Origin: a virus | Lineage: Duplodnaviria; Caudoviricetes | Strand: one strand, 5' to 3' | DNA: 53,808 nucleotides | IMG/VR virus record: IMGVR_UViG_3300027586_000011 | Span: 1 to 53,808 of that record | In this document: in pieces, positions 18,166-30,200 of the stretch | Numbering within the stretch: position 1 is the first letter of the stretch | Layout: each line of letters begins with the position of its first letter | Made by a program: the position numbers and the translations under genes | The notes under the pieces: model-generated | The model's database searches: none | What the model saw: only the letters and a program-made list of their open reading frames with translations | What the model was told of the DNA's origin: nothing

Positions 18166-18836
18166 TAACTCTAAGGTTTGACTCAAAATCTTTTAATAAA
18201 ACAATGAAGAATGTAATGAACTATTCTGGTGGATTCTTGGATGGAGCACAGATGGGAAAAAAAGATTTCTTTGATAATCTTGGACCAGAAATTGTTCAGA
18301 TTGCTTCTAACTTTATCGACACTAATGCTAAGGTATCTCCAGAAACATTACATCACGTATACGAATGGTACAAAACTGGATCTCCAGCAGCAAGACTTTT
18401 TGATATTAACTACACAGTTAGTAATTTAGGACTTTCTTTTATATCGGTATTTAGACAATCAAGAAGCGTCCAGGATGGCGGGACTGTTCCGTTTGCCAAC
18501 AAAGCAAAGATAATGGAAGAAAGTAGGCCAGTCGTAATAGCACCTAAAAACGCTCTAGCGCTTGCTTTTGATATTAATGGAGAGATGGTTTTTACAAAGA
18601 AGCCTGTAGTTGTTTCAAATCCAGGAGGACAAACACAGGATGGATTTGAAAAAGCATTTGATACATTCTTTGGACAGTACTTTACTCAAGCATTTTTAAA
18701 CTCAAGTGGACTTGCTCAATACTTTGAAAATCCAACCTCATATAAAAAGAATTTATCAAAAGGTAGTCGTGCAGGAAGATCAGCAGGAATATCTACTGGA
18801 TACAGATGGGTAGCAAATGCGGGGGTAATTAGATAA
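18162..18836 (+). CDS. Probable neck/tail completion protein
   Basis: Synteny within the neck module; TTGA start/stop overlap. Confidence 0.45.
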   Translation: MITLRFDSKSFNKTMKNVMNYSGGFLDGAQMGKKDFFDNLGPEIVQIASNFIDTNAKVSPETLHHVYEWYKTGSPAARLFDINYTVSNLGLSFISVFRQSRSVQDGGTVPFANKAKIMEESRPVVIAPKNALALAFDINGEMVFTKKPVVVSNPGGQTQDGFEKAFDTFFGQYFTQAFLNSSGLAQYFENPTSYKKNLSKGSRAGRSAGISTGYRWVANAGVIR

Positions 18837-19408
18837 TGACAATATATACAGAAGAAGAGCAAGCATCACTAGGCCAAGAACTATTAATAAACACACCAAT
18901 GTTATGGATTAATAAATATCTTCAAGAAAAACTAGCAGACTTACAAATTGGAGTTCCATTTTTTCCACCATCTCCAAACACAATAGATGATTTAACAGAA
19001 ACTTGGATAGTCGTAAACGATGAAAGATACCCATATCAAGGTTTGAAATGCACATTTGACAGACTAATAAGAATGAGAAGGACACCATTTCCCCACATAA
19101 AATGCGAACAGTTATTATACTATTTTTACGCAACTCAAGAGGGAGTCACTGACAAAATGATAGCAACTACCGAGACGGTACTCAGGTTGATGGATCGAGA
19201 GGACGAAACAGCAGAAGAGATAAACTCCTGGATGCAGGGTAAGACAATCGCTGGCCACACCCCAAAATTTAGATTCCATAGATTTAAAGTCTATCAACTT
19301 GAGGAAGTCGCAGATATTATTGATTTTGGTACGGCAAGAACTTACGGAGGCAACAAGATCATTATTGATTTTGACTACCACCAGGATAGCGCTTTAGCAA
19401 ATATCTAA
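18836..19408 (+). CDS. Probable tail terminator
   Basis: Immediately precedes the tail tube gene; acidic, 190 aa. Confidence 0.5.
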   Translation: MTIYTEEEQASLGQELLINTPMLWINKYLQEKLADLQIGVPFFPPSPNTIDDLTETWIVVNDERYPYQGLKCTFDRLIRMRRTPFPHIKCEQLLYYFYATQEGVTDKMIATTETVLRLMDREDETAEEINSWMQGKTIAGHTPKFRFHRFKVYQLEEVADIIDFGTARTYGGNKIIIDFDYHQDSALANI

Positions 19409-19414
19409 AAAGGC

Positions 19415-19423
19415 TGTTATACT
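19415..19423 (+). promoter_or_regulatory. Extended -10 promoter (TGTTATACT)
   Basis: Intergenic; SD GAGGTG before ATG 19477. Confidence 0.6.
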
Positions 19424-19476
19424 TAGACTGAGGAAACAAGCCCCTTAATTCAAAAAAGAAAAAAGAGGTGAAATAC

Positions 19477-20112
19477 ATGGCATATACCCGTGGTTCGAAC
19501 GCTAACATCATCGTTGGCGCAGCGGCTCTCTTCACATATGAAGACGGTACGCTAACAGACGCAGACCTTCCAGCATACGAAGCAGCGACATCATTTAGAG
19601 AATCTCTAACAGATGACGCTTCATTCCGCAATGTTGGTTACACCATGAATGGTTTGGAACTTCAGTTCCAGCCAGATTTTGGTGAGGTTGCAGTCGATCA
19701 GGTTCTTGACGTTGCTAAGTTGTTTAAGCAAGGCATGCAGGTTAACTTGAATACTACATTCGCAGAGTCAACTCTCGAAAATCTCTTGTTTGCTATTGCA
19801 GGCAAGGACTCAGATCTAACAGCATACAATACGGCTGGAGCAGGGTCATCAGCACTTAATCTTTCAGCAGGCGAAATTGGCGAATGTCCAGTAGAGCGTG
19901 GATTAGTTGCAGTTGGTCCAGGAACAGGTGACTGCGAAGCAGGTTCATCTATTGAACGTATCTACGTTGCATACCGTGCACTCTCAATTGAGAATGTTTC
20001 AGTATCAGCAAAGCGTGATGAAGCAACAATGTTTGAAGTTTCATTCCGCCTTCTTCCAAATGACTCAGCGTCATACGGTAAGATCGTTGATCGTGCAATC
20101 CCCAACGCATAA
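19477..20112 (+). CDS. Major tail (tube) protein
   Basis: NIIVGAAALF, NVGYTMNGLEL, ESTLENL and FEVSFRLLP motifs. Own promoter, SD and terminator; lies upstream of chaperones and tape measure. Confidence 0.8.
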   Translation: MAYTRGSNANIIVGAAALFTYEDGTLTDADLPAYEAATSFRESLTDDASFRNVGYTMNGLELQFQPDFGEVAVDQVLDVAKLFKQGMQVNLNTTFAESTLENLLFAIAGKDSDLTAYNTAGAGSSALNLSAGEIGECPVERGLVAVGPGTGDCEAGSSIERIYVAYRALSIENVSVSAKRDEATMFEVSFRLLPNDSASYGKIVDRAIPNA

Positions 20113-20136
20113 TATAATTAAATATATTGCAGATTT

Positions 20137-20176
20137 GCCCAGACCGTAAAAAGTCTGGGCTTTTCTGTTTTGTTTT
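20137..20176 (+). terminator. Intrinsic terminator after tail tube gene
   Basis: Stem GCCCAGAC / GTCTGGGC, 8-nt loop, then TTTTCTGTTTTGTTTT. Confidence 0.88.
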
Positions 20177-20184
20177 GGTATACT
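20176..20184 (+). promoter_or_regulatory. Extended -10 promoter (TGGTATACT), leaderless start at 20191
   Basis: ATG 6 nt after the hexamer; no SD. Confidence 0.6.
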
Positions 20185-20190
20185 TGTATG

Positions 20191-20874
20191 ATGGCCACAG
20201 AAGTATATAAAACAAAAATAATATCATTAGTAGATGATACAAAAATAGAGTTGTCTCCATTAAAAATAAAATATCTTAGAAAGTTTATGCTTGAGTTTGA
20301 AAATGTTAAAATAGCAAACGGAGACCTAGAAGCCATATCTGCCTTATCCGATTGCGCTATGATTTGTATGGAACAATATAAACCAGAGATTGCAGTTTCT
20401 CAGGAAGTATTTGAAGAATATATTAACCTAGAAATAATCTATAGCATTCTTGAAGTAGCAGCGGGAGTTAAAATAAATAAAGACTCAGAAGAAGAAGTAA
20501 AGAAACAAGCAGTAGATAGCGGATCAACCTGGGATGACTTAGACCTTGCAAAAATTGAGTCTGAGGTTTTTCTATTGGGCATATGGAAAGATTATGCAGA
20601 ACTAGAAAATTCTTTATCTATGCCTGAGTTAGTTATAACCCTTTCAACTGCAAGAGATCTTGAATATCAAGAAAAGAAATTTTTAGCAGCAATGCAAGGC
20701 GTAGATTTAGATAAGAACAAAAATGAAAAGAACGCCTGGGAAGAAATGAAGGCAAGAGTATTCTCAGGAGGCAAGGCAACAGACGCAAATGACATTTTAG
20801 CCTATCAAGGAATAAATGCTCAAAAGGCTGGTTTTGGAATCGGCATGGGCATGGATTATGAGAGAATAGACTAA
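20191..20874 (+). CDS. Tail assembly chaperone, long (GT-like) form
   Basis: Between tail tube and tape measure. N-terminal ~95 aa is paralogous to the next gene; extra C-terminal domain (GIWKDYAELENSLSMPEL). Track start is 20170. Confidence 0.7.
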   Translation: MATEVYKTKIISLVDDTKIELSPLKIKYLRKFMLEFENVKIANGDLEAISALSDCAMICMEQYKPEIAVSQEVFEEYINLEIIYSILEVAAGVKINKDSEEEVKKQAVDSGSTWDDLDLAKIESEVFLLGIWKDYAELENSLSMPELVITLSTARDLEYQEKKFLAAMQGVDLDKNKNEKNAWEEMKARVFSGGKATDANDILAYQGINAQKAGFGIGMGMDYERID

Positions 20875-20890
20875 AAAATACGCTTGGCTA

Positions 20891-20919
20891 TGGTATAATT
20901 AATTAATTCACATTGGAGG
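20891..20919 (+). promoter_or_regulatory. Extended -10 promoter (TGGTATAAT) and SD GGAGG
   Basis: -10 at 20891-20899; SD at 20915-20919, 6 nt before ATG 20926. Confidence 0.65.
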
Positions 20920-20925
20920 AAGTAC

Positions 20926-21246
20926 ATGTCAGAAAAGATTGAAAAATTTGAACTGTCACTAATAGATGGTACAAAGTTCGAAGCAAAGCCACTAAAAATC
21001 TCATTGCTAAAGCCTTTCATGAAGGCGTTTACAGGTTTGGCTGATGTTGCAGATGATAACGAAAAGTCTATGGATGTATTGCTAGACTGTGTTCAGATTG
21101 CATTTAAGCAGTATGTTCCAGATCTATCAGAAGATCGAGAAAAACTGGAGGAAAATCTAGACCTTCCTACAGTGTACAAAATTATTGATGCAGCATCTGG
21201 AATTCAACTCTCAGATCCAGCAGCATTGCTAAACGCACTAAAATAA
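20926..21246 (+). CDS. Tail assembly chaperone, short (G-like) form
   Basis: 106 aa, directly before the tape measure; paralogue of the upstream gene's N-terminus. Confidence 0.75.
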   Translation: MSEKIEKFELSLIDGTKFEAKPLKISLLKPFMKAFTGLADVADDNEKSMDVLLDCVQIAFKQYVPDLSEDREKLEENLDLPTVYKIIDAASGIQLSDPAALLNALK

Positions 21247-21269
21247 AACAGTAAAGAGGGTGCAATGAA

Positions 21270-24200
21270 TTGTCTGATGTAAATGCAAATATAAGTATCA
21301 ATTTTGATACTGGTCAAGCACTTGCAAGTTTACGTCAGTTACAGGCGGGTCTCAGCCGTTTTAATCAATCACTAACTCAGGGCAATGTCGCTGCTGCCAA
21401 TGCACAAAAGGGTCTTAATGACCAACTTATGCAGGCAATCAATGCCACTGGAAAGTTCGTTGCTACACAGAAAAATATAGCAACAAGTACATCTTCATTT
21501 ACATCAGCGCTTGAAAAAAATCAACTCTCAATGCGAGAGTACTTTAGGTATACTGCTGCTGCAGCGACAGCAAACACTAAAGTATTTAAAAACATGTTTG
21601 CCCAAGAGCGTGAGATTATTAACCGTGCTCGTAAAGATCGAGTAAAATCTCTTCAGGCTCAGTATATTCAGTTGTCAGATGCTTCAGGCAATTTTGTTAA
21701 AACTTTGCAGGTAGTTCCAAAGCACCTTCAAATGGTAAATGGTCAGTACGCAGACTATGCTACAAGAATGCAGATGGCAGCACAAAGACAGCAATTCTTG
21801 AATCAGTTGCTTAAGCAAGGCTCAACACAACTTCTAAACTTTGGTAAGAATACTCAGTGGGCAGGTCGCCAGTTAATGGTTGGTTTGACAATACCTCTAA
21901 CACTTCTTGGATCCACCGCAGCAAAAATATTTATGGAAATGGAAAAGGCTACAGTTAAATTCTCTAGAGTTTATGGAGATATGACAACTAGCGGAGATGC
22001 AACAAACAAAGCAATTGCAGATATTCAAAGATTAGGTAAAGAGTTTACTAAATATGGAGTAGCAGTAAAAGATACAATGGAAATGGCAGCATCTGCTGCT
22101 GCAATGGGTCTAACTGGAAATGCTCTAAATGCACAAGTAATTGCAGCAACAAGACTATCAGTTCTTGGACAAGTTGAACAGCAACAGGCTTTAGAGACAA
22201 CCATATCTTTAACAAATGCTTTTGGAATCGCAACTCAAGACTTAGCAAATAAGATTAACTTTCTTAACGCAGTAGAAAACCAAACAGTTCTTTCAATTGA
22301 AGATTTAACAATTGCCATTCCAAAGGCTGGACCAGTTGTAAAGCAACTTGGTGGATCTGTAGAAGATCTTGCATTCTTTATGACTGCAATGAAAGAAGGT
22401 GGAATCAACGCATCAGAGGGTGCTAACGCACTCAAATCTGGTCTTGCTTCTATGATTAACCCTTCAAAGAAAGCAAGTGAATTCCTTGCAGGCCTCGGTG
22501 TTAACATCAAAGGTATTGTAGAGGCAAACAAAGGAAACTTAAAAGGAACAATTGTTGGATTTGCACAAGCACTTGATACGCTAGACCCACTTAATCGTGC
22601 AAGAGCAATTGAGCAACTATTTGGTAAGTTCCAGTTTGCTCGTCTATCAACGCTATTCCAAAACGTAACAAAGGATGGATCTCAGGCATCCAGAGCACTT
22701 GCTTTAGCAGGAGCATCAGTTGAAGAACTAGCAATCTTATCTGAACGAGAACTTGGAAAAGTAGAGGATGCAACTGGTGTAAAATTTAAGAAGTCTATTG
22801 AAGACCTTAAGAATCAACTTATTCCAATAGGAAAAGCATTTCTTCAAGCAGCAACACCAATTGTAGAATTTGTTGGAAAACTATTAACAAAATTTAACAA
22901 CTTAAGTGAAGGAACAAAAAAGACTGTAGCAATTATTGTTGGAGTTGTCGGTGGCCTTGCTCCAGTTGTTTTGATGACATTTGGTGTTGTAATGAATGCA
23001 CTTGCAAATGGAATTAAATTATTTGCAAAACTTCGTGAGGGAGTTGCTAAACTTAACGGATCAAACAATGTTCTTGGCGGAGGGTTTGATTATTTAACAC
23101 AAGAACAGATTGAGAATGTTGCACAGACAAATGCGCTACATACATCACACTCTCAATTAATATCTACATTTAATATTGAAAAGTCTGCAGTGGATGGACT
23201 TGCAGCAGCATATGGAAACGCAGCAAGCCAAGCAAGAACATTAGCAGCATCCTCACCAGGATTATTTAACACTGTGCCAGGCCCAGCAGGTGCCGTTTCT
23301 GGATTACCTAAAAAGCCAATTGGGTTTGCACAAGGTGGTGTAGTTCCTGGAAGGGGAGATAAGGATACTGTCCCAGCAATGCTTACCCCTGGAGAAGTTA
23401 TTCTTACAAAAGACACTGTAAGAAATAATCCAGAGTTAGTTGCAGCATTACAAAATAATTCATTTAAGAAATATCATGATGGAACTGGTGGTGGCAGTGA
23501 AGACATTGCTGCTAGTTTAAGAGAAAGATTTACATCTACATCAGCACCAGGATCAGAAGCCTTCAAGGGAAGAATGAAAACATTAGTAGATGGAGCAATG
23601 TCGCAAACACAAAAAGGTGTAGAAAGAGTAATTAGGTTTGCAGCAGAATCAGGAGTAACAATTACTGCTGAGCAAACAGATCAAATAGAGTTCTATAGAA
23701 AAGAAATGCTTAAGTCAGTTCGACAGGCTGGAGATGCTCTAGTTGGTGCAATTGATTTAACTAAAGATCAAATTAAAGATAGACTTAAAACAATGTCTCC
23801 AATTGCAGGAACACAGGCTGCACCAAACAGAAACACATTTGATTTAGTTGATAAGCACGGTAGCCAAAACTTGTCTGAAACATTTGGTCACTTAACACCA
23901 GGAGTAAGAATGTCTGGTCCTCAAACTAGAGAAAGACTAGAGCCAGGATCAAAAGTTGCTACTGAAATTGATGCAATAGAGAGAGCAGCAAAACATTTAA
24001 ACAACCTTCCACAGTCTGACCCACGAAGACCTAAAACACCAATAGTTCCTGAATTCAATGTAGTCAGCGGACTTGGTATAGATGGCATGTCACAAGAAAC
24101 AAATACACTATTAAAAAATGGAACTAAAAATACACAAGAATTCTTAAATGAATTAGGCAATGTTGGACCAGTTCAAGCGTGGGATACACTAATGAAACAA

Positions 24201-27200
24201 AATGGCCTAACTATAGAAGAAAATGGCCGAGAAATAGAAATTTTACACGCAAAATTTAAGGCTTTTGTTGCAGACCTTGCAACAAAGAAAAAAGTAATTT
24301 CTGATGCAGATGTTACAGGATTCCTAACAGGAATAGAGAATGATCCAGATATTAGTCCAAGAATGAAAAATGCAGTATCAAGATCTAACAACACAATAAC
24401 AGCAGCCCGACTCAGTGGTGTTTCTTCTACAGATGGAGCAAACATAGAAGATGTTGTTAGAAGTGGAGAAGTAAAAGTACCTGGTTTAGTAGACCGTACA
24501 AAATTTAAAATTGCAAAATCTGGTAGTGCACAGGGTGGAGAGTCTGTATCTAATAGAGTTAATGGAATTGGATTCTATGATGCAGAAGTAGAAAAACAAC
24601 TAGCAGCAGAAGCAGAAACACTTAGACCTCCACGAGTAAGGGCTACTCCAGAAGCAGAAGCAGATGCTGAACTAGAAGGTGAAAAGATTGGCAAAGCAGC
24701 GACAAGAGGTGTAAGGAAGGGTGCAAAAACAGAGTCTCCTTCTACAGATGGAATTGAAGTTGGTAAAGATATTGCAGAAGGAGTTGTCATTGGTTTGCAA
24801 CAAGGAACACCAGGGGTTGTTTCTCAATCAGAACAACTTGGTAATGCTGCAGTTCCAAAAGAAGTAATAAACGAAAAGATGGATGTTGGAAACAAGGCAT
24901 TCTATGATGACCTTAATAATCCAGAAGACTATGAAGAAAGACAAATTCTTAAATCAGAAGATAGGCAAAGAAGAAAACTTGGTAAGGCTCGTGCAAGTGT
25001 TGGCAAAACGGATATCGACAACAAGCAATTTTATGATGATATTGATACTCCAGAATTTCGTGAACAAAGACAAATACTTAAGTCTCAAGATAGACACAGA
25101 AGAAAACTTGCTGCTGTTGGTCAGGTAGGAGCAGCAACGCCAACTGATGTACCTTCTCAGACTGCACAGTTAACTGCTGCCTCATCAAAAAGAGTTACAA
25201 CTGCAACTGAAAAATTAGCAGTTAAAACAGAAGAAGCCGCAATTGCTCAAGCCCAGATAGTTCAACAAATTAAGGATGAGAGTAGGTCAAGAGTTACGAT
25301 TAAGGGCAATACTGTAAATATTGGTAAGGCTCGTGAATTAGCGGATAAGGCTGAAAACGAAGCAGCAATTACTAAAGCCCGTGCACATGCACTTGAAGCA
25401 GAACAAGCAAAGCAAAAGAAATCAAACTCACCAACAACAATTACTGATGAACAGGTACTTGCTGCTAAAGAAAAAGCAAATGCTGCAGAATTAGAGTATA
25501 CACAAATAAGAAAAGAATTAGCAGAACAGGGTATAGGAGCAGCCCAACCAGCAGAAATTAAAAAAGATCAAGAAGTTATGTCTAATGGAACCGTTGAAGC
25601 AGGAGACGGTATGAGACGAATTGTTGAGGGTACAGACGACACAGCAGACTCAACTGTACTAGTTGCAGATAAAACAGATGAACTTGCCAGCATAACTGGA
25701 GAAGCAGTTGATGCTCAGATGGCAAATACAACCAACCTAATAACTGGTAGCAAATTAACAAATGCAACTACACAAAATCTTGGAGAAGTTCTTCAAGCAA
25801 CAGATCAAACTGGATTAGCCCAAGGTGATCTTGCAGAATCTTCAGAAAATACTGCTAGACTTAGTAAAGATATTGAAGAAAAAAAGAGAAAAGAAAACGA
25901 ACTAGCCAAAAAAAGACTTGCTCGTCTTATGGCTGAAGAATCTGTGGATGGAGTTATTCCTCCAGGTACGCAATCAGCAAGCAAGTATATTAACCCAGAA
26001 GAAGCCATGGGCGCAGAAGAAGCATATGACTATGCAATGGGAAGCGATCCAGACCCAAACGATCCAACAGATAAAGGTCAGACTGGTTTTACAAAAGATA
26101 AATTTGGCAAAATTCTAATTGATCCAGAAACTGGAAATCCAACACATCTTACAAAGAAAGAACTCACAAAAAAGACACGCGGACTTCGTAAGGAGAAGGT
26201 TAGTAAGATATCTGGTAAGGCAGCAGGAGCATTAGGAACAGCAACAATGGTTGCGGGTATGGCTGGTGCTCCACCACAGGTAACAGCAGCACTCGGCGCT
26301 GCAGCAACTGTTGCTCAGTTTGCACCAGCACTTGCAGGTATGGGCCCAATCGGTTGGGCAGTAGCAGGTATTGCAGCAGTAGGTGCATCTGCTTATTTGG
26401 TCAACAAACATTTTGAGGGAATGGCAAAAGCACAGGCAGAGTATGTAAGAAATACAACTGCAAGTTCTGAAAAACTAAAAGCCATTGGAGAATTAAACGG
26501 TGTCGTTGGTGCCAATGAAAAAATGAATAAGCGTAGAGAAAATGGACAACTTCAGGGATACAACGAAGTAGAAAGAAAAGGAACTGACTACGGAGTTAAG
26601 TATTTAGAAAATGCAACTGGAAAGTTAATGATGGATTCTCTTAAAACTAGCATTAATAAGACTGGAGCAAAAGAAGCAGCAGAAGAGGTTGCACTACAAC
26701 TTGCTGCACAGGTATCTGATGGAGTGCTTACTGCTGAGCAGGCAAAGAGTGTTGCATATCAGATTGGACTTAATCTAAAAGACTCTACAATGACAATGAA
26801 TATTAATGGAAATCTGAGAGCACTTATTGGACCTAACGGAGAAGATCTTATTAACGATCCATTTACAGCAAGAATGAGACTTGTTGCAGTTTCAGAAAAC
26901 AAAACAAAGACTGCTAAAGCAAATATTAAAAAGGCTCAAAAAGAAAATATTGGCTGGTCTTGGATGGGTCTTAAAAAATCTGGAGCAAATGAGGCTGCAC
27001 AGGTCGCAGCGCTTTCTGGTGCTGCAGTTGAAATGGCTTTGCTTCAAGCAGACTCAATGGCGGTATATGTTGAAAAGCAAAAAGAAACTCTTGAAGCACA
27101 AAAGGCAATCACAAAAGATAAAGCAGAGCAATTAAGAATTGATACGCAACTAGCAAACCTTGACTCAATGTCAGCAAGAGCAAATGCAAGAGTTGCTGTA

Positions 27201-30200
27201 TCTGTAGACAATGCCGTTGACCAGACAGATGGAATTATTACTGGACAAAGTGGTATTACAAATACAAATCCTATTCTTGGAATGATGAGTGGAAAAAACC
27301 CTATTGACGCACTGACAGGTGGTTATGGTATAGGTGCCCAAGGTATAGGTATGGCAATCTTACAAAGCACCATGCCTGGGGTAGGTGGAATACTTGGTTC
27401 TCTGCTCAACAGAGATGGAAGAGTAGAAGATGCTTACTTTGATGCAAACAAAGACGATGTAAAAGCAAAGTATAAAGGAACATCGCAAGAAGCGTCAGCA
27501 CAGAGAGTTTTAGATTTAGGTGCAAAAGCAGATGAGGATGCATCATTTAAAGGTGACAAAATTGCTGGAAGAAAATTTGAAGCCAAGTTACAAATCCTGA
27601 TGTCTTCTGGAGTAATGGATCCAGATTCAATAGAAAACCTTCTCAGAATATTTGGAGGAGATTATAAGAAATTAAATACTATGCTTACAGTTGGTATAAA
27701 AATGCACGGTGGAGCAAAGATGGCAGAACTTACTGGCCTTCTTGGCAGCACAAATGATGCAAGTGCAAAAAAGATAATTGTTCGAATGGTAAGAAAAAAT
27801 CCAAAAGAGTTTGATAAAATTGCAAGAGCCCTTGCACTTATAAAAGCATCAGATGGACTTGAAGTTAGCATGGACCTAATGCTTACAAATATGACTCAAT
27901 ATGAACTAGATCAACTTGCAAACAAACTAGACATAATTGATAAAATGAAAACGCCGATTGAGCAAGAAGTAATTATTAAATACGGCAAAGATCATGAAGT
28001 AGACATGAGTGGCATTATTGAAGACTGGGATTACTATGGACAAATGAAACCAGAAGTAAGAAAAGAAGCAGTTGCAACTTATGTAATGCTTAAAGAATTC
28101 CTTATGAGTTTTGATAGTCCAGAAGCAAAAAAACAATGGGCAATTGACACTGCAAAAGCCGCAGCAGAAATGGTTGGAGAAGAAGGCGACGCCAAATATC
28201 AAGAGACCTACGAAAAAACTTATAAACTGATAATGCTAGATGATACAGGTGCAGCAGCGTCTGGTCTTGTTCAAACAAAGTATGGTGAAGATCCAAACCT
28301 AGCAATTCTAACAGCAGGAAATATAGGTGATCCTCCAGAGAAAAAAGACAGAGACACAACATACGATGACCTTCTAAAGCGTCTTCGTAATGTTCGTAAT
28401 GCTGCTATTGATGCATCAAAGGGAGTTAAGGAACTAAACGCCGCACTTGCTGCATCTGGAGCAAAATCAGTTCAAAATAGATTTGAAGGTATTTCACAAC
28501 AACTAAGAAGTAAGGGTGTCAACGAAGAATTTATTGAATACCTAAAGGGACTTGACACAAAAGATTTAAAGAAGTTTGCATTTGTTGCTACTAAAAAGGG
28601 TACACAAAAATACACAGAAAAAGTTGGAAAAAGAAATAAAGATGGCAGTATTGCTAAAGATAAAAATGGCAAAGTCATAATGGTAAACAAAGAGCAGAAG
28701 TACAAGGCTGGCGATCTTGTATTGACTGATCTTGGAAATCAAATGAAGCGTGGTGGAGAAAAGGCTATAATTGGAGAATTCCAAGAAGCACAAAAGATAT
28801 CTTTAAGAAACCTTAAAGACCAAGAAACCGTACAAAGAAAACTTTCAGCACTAGGATATGATCAAATAGCAATAGAAAGAATTCTTGGAGATGAGATGTC
28901 AACTCAGATTATTGCTTCTAACAGATTAACAAAAGAAGAGTTAGCCCGAAGCGCTGCATTAGCAAAAGAAGTTTCTTTAAGAGAAAAAATAAATGGCTTA
29001 ATTGAAACAGGCAAAGAAGCATTAAAATTAGCAGCAAACATAAAGAAGGCTCCACAACTTCAAGAGTTCTTTGACAAAATGAAGAGTCAAGGAATAAATC
29101 TTTCCCCTGCAGCAATGCAAGGTATGTTAACAGATCCAGCGCAACTAGATGCTGCAATAGCAGCAATGGCTTTATATGAAGATGGTGCTGATGGAGCCCT
29201 TGGAAAACTTCAAGAAATTGTTACAGCACTAGAAGCCATTAAAGCAAATTCAAATATTCAACTTGCTCTTGAGTTTGCAGCAAAAGATAATTACGGAAAG
29301 GTACAGGCTGGCGCTGCAGCAGCGCAAAGAGTAATGGATACTAGGAGAGTTGCATACAACAACATGACTCCTGCTGAAATACAAAAACAGACTGTAACAA
29401 ATGCTAGAACTGGAGTAACAACTAATGCTGGCTCAATAGGATATGCAAGTGCTGTTAAAAATAAGTTTGGTGATGAAAAAACTGCAGCAGCACTCGAAGC
29501 AAGCATTGCTGGTAAGTCTTTGGCTGGAGTTCAAAAAGAAAGAGACGCCTTAGCAAAAAGATCTGCAGTTGCCGCTGCAGCAGCAAATGTTTCACAACAG
29601 ATGCTTAGTTCTGCACAAGATGCACTTTCAAAATTGCAAGAAGGTTTATCAAAAACTCTTGATGGTATTAATAAGAAGTATGATGAAATAATTAAGGGGC
29701 AGCAAAAGAGTATAGAGACTCTAAACAAAAGACTTAATGACGAGTTTGATAAGAAGATAAAGTTAAAGCAAGAAAGAATTGGAATGCTTTCTAATGACCT
29801 AACCCTTATGGACAAGCAGGCAGAATCTATTAATGAAAAATATGATGCTCAAGTCACAGCGCTACAAGAAGTTCAAAGAGTTCAAGAAGCCATTACTGCA
29901 CAACAACAACAGCAACTGGGATTAGCAGATGCACTAACCCAAGGAGATTTATCGGCTGCAGCCCGTGCTGCACAAGAAATTAGGGCAGCAAATGCTGCAC
30001 AATATGGTGGAGGTCAGTTTGAAGCACTTGATCTTTCAAGAAAGAATGAACTAGACTCACTTAAGGGTGCAGAAAGTGGACTTACAAGAAAGCAAATTAC
30101 AGAAGAGCAATTCCAAATTCAGCAAGATTTGTATAAACTTGAAACTGATCCAGTAAGAAAGAAAATACTTGAAGACATTGAAAAACTTACAGAAGCAATT

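Noticed and set aside
21238-21270. Frameshift from the short chaperone into the tape measure
   Set aside because: The tape-measure frame has a TAA at 21252-21254 upstream of its start, and there is no canonical slippery heptamer.
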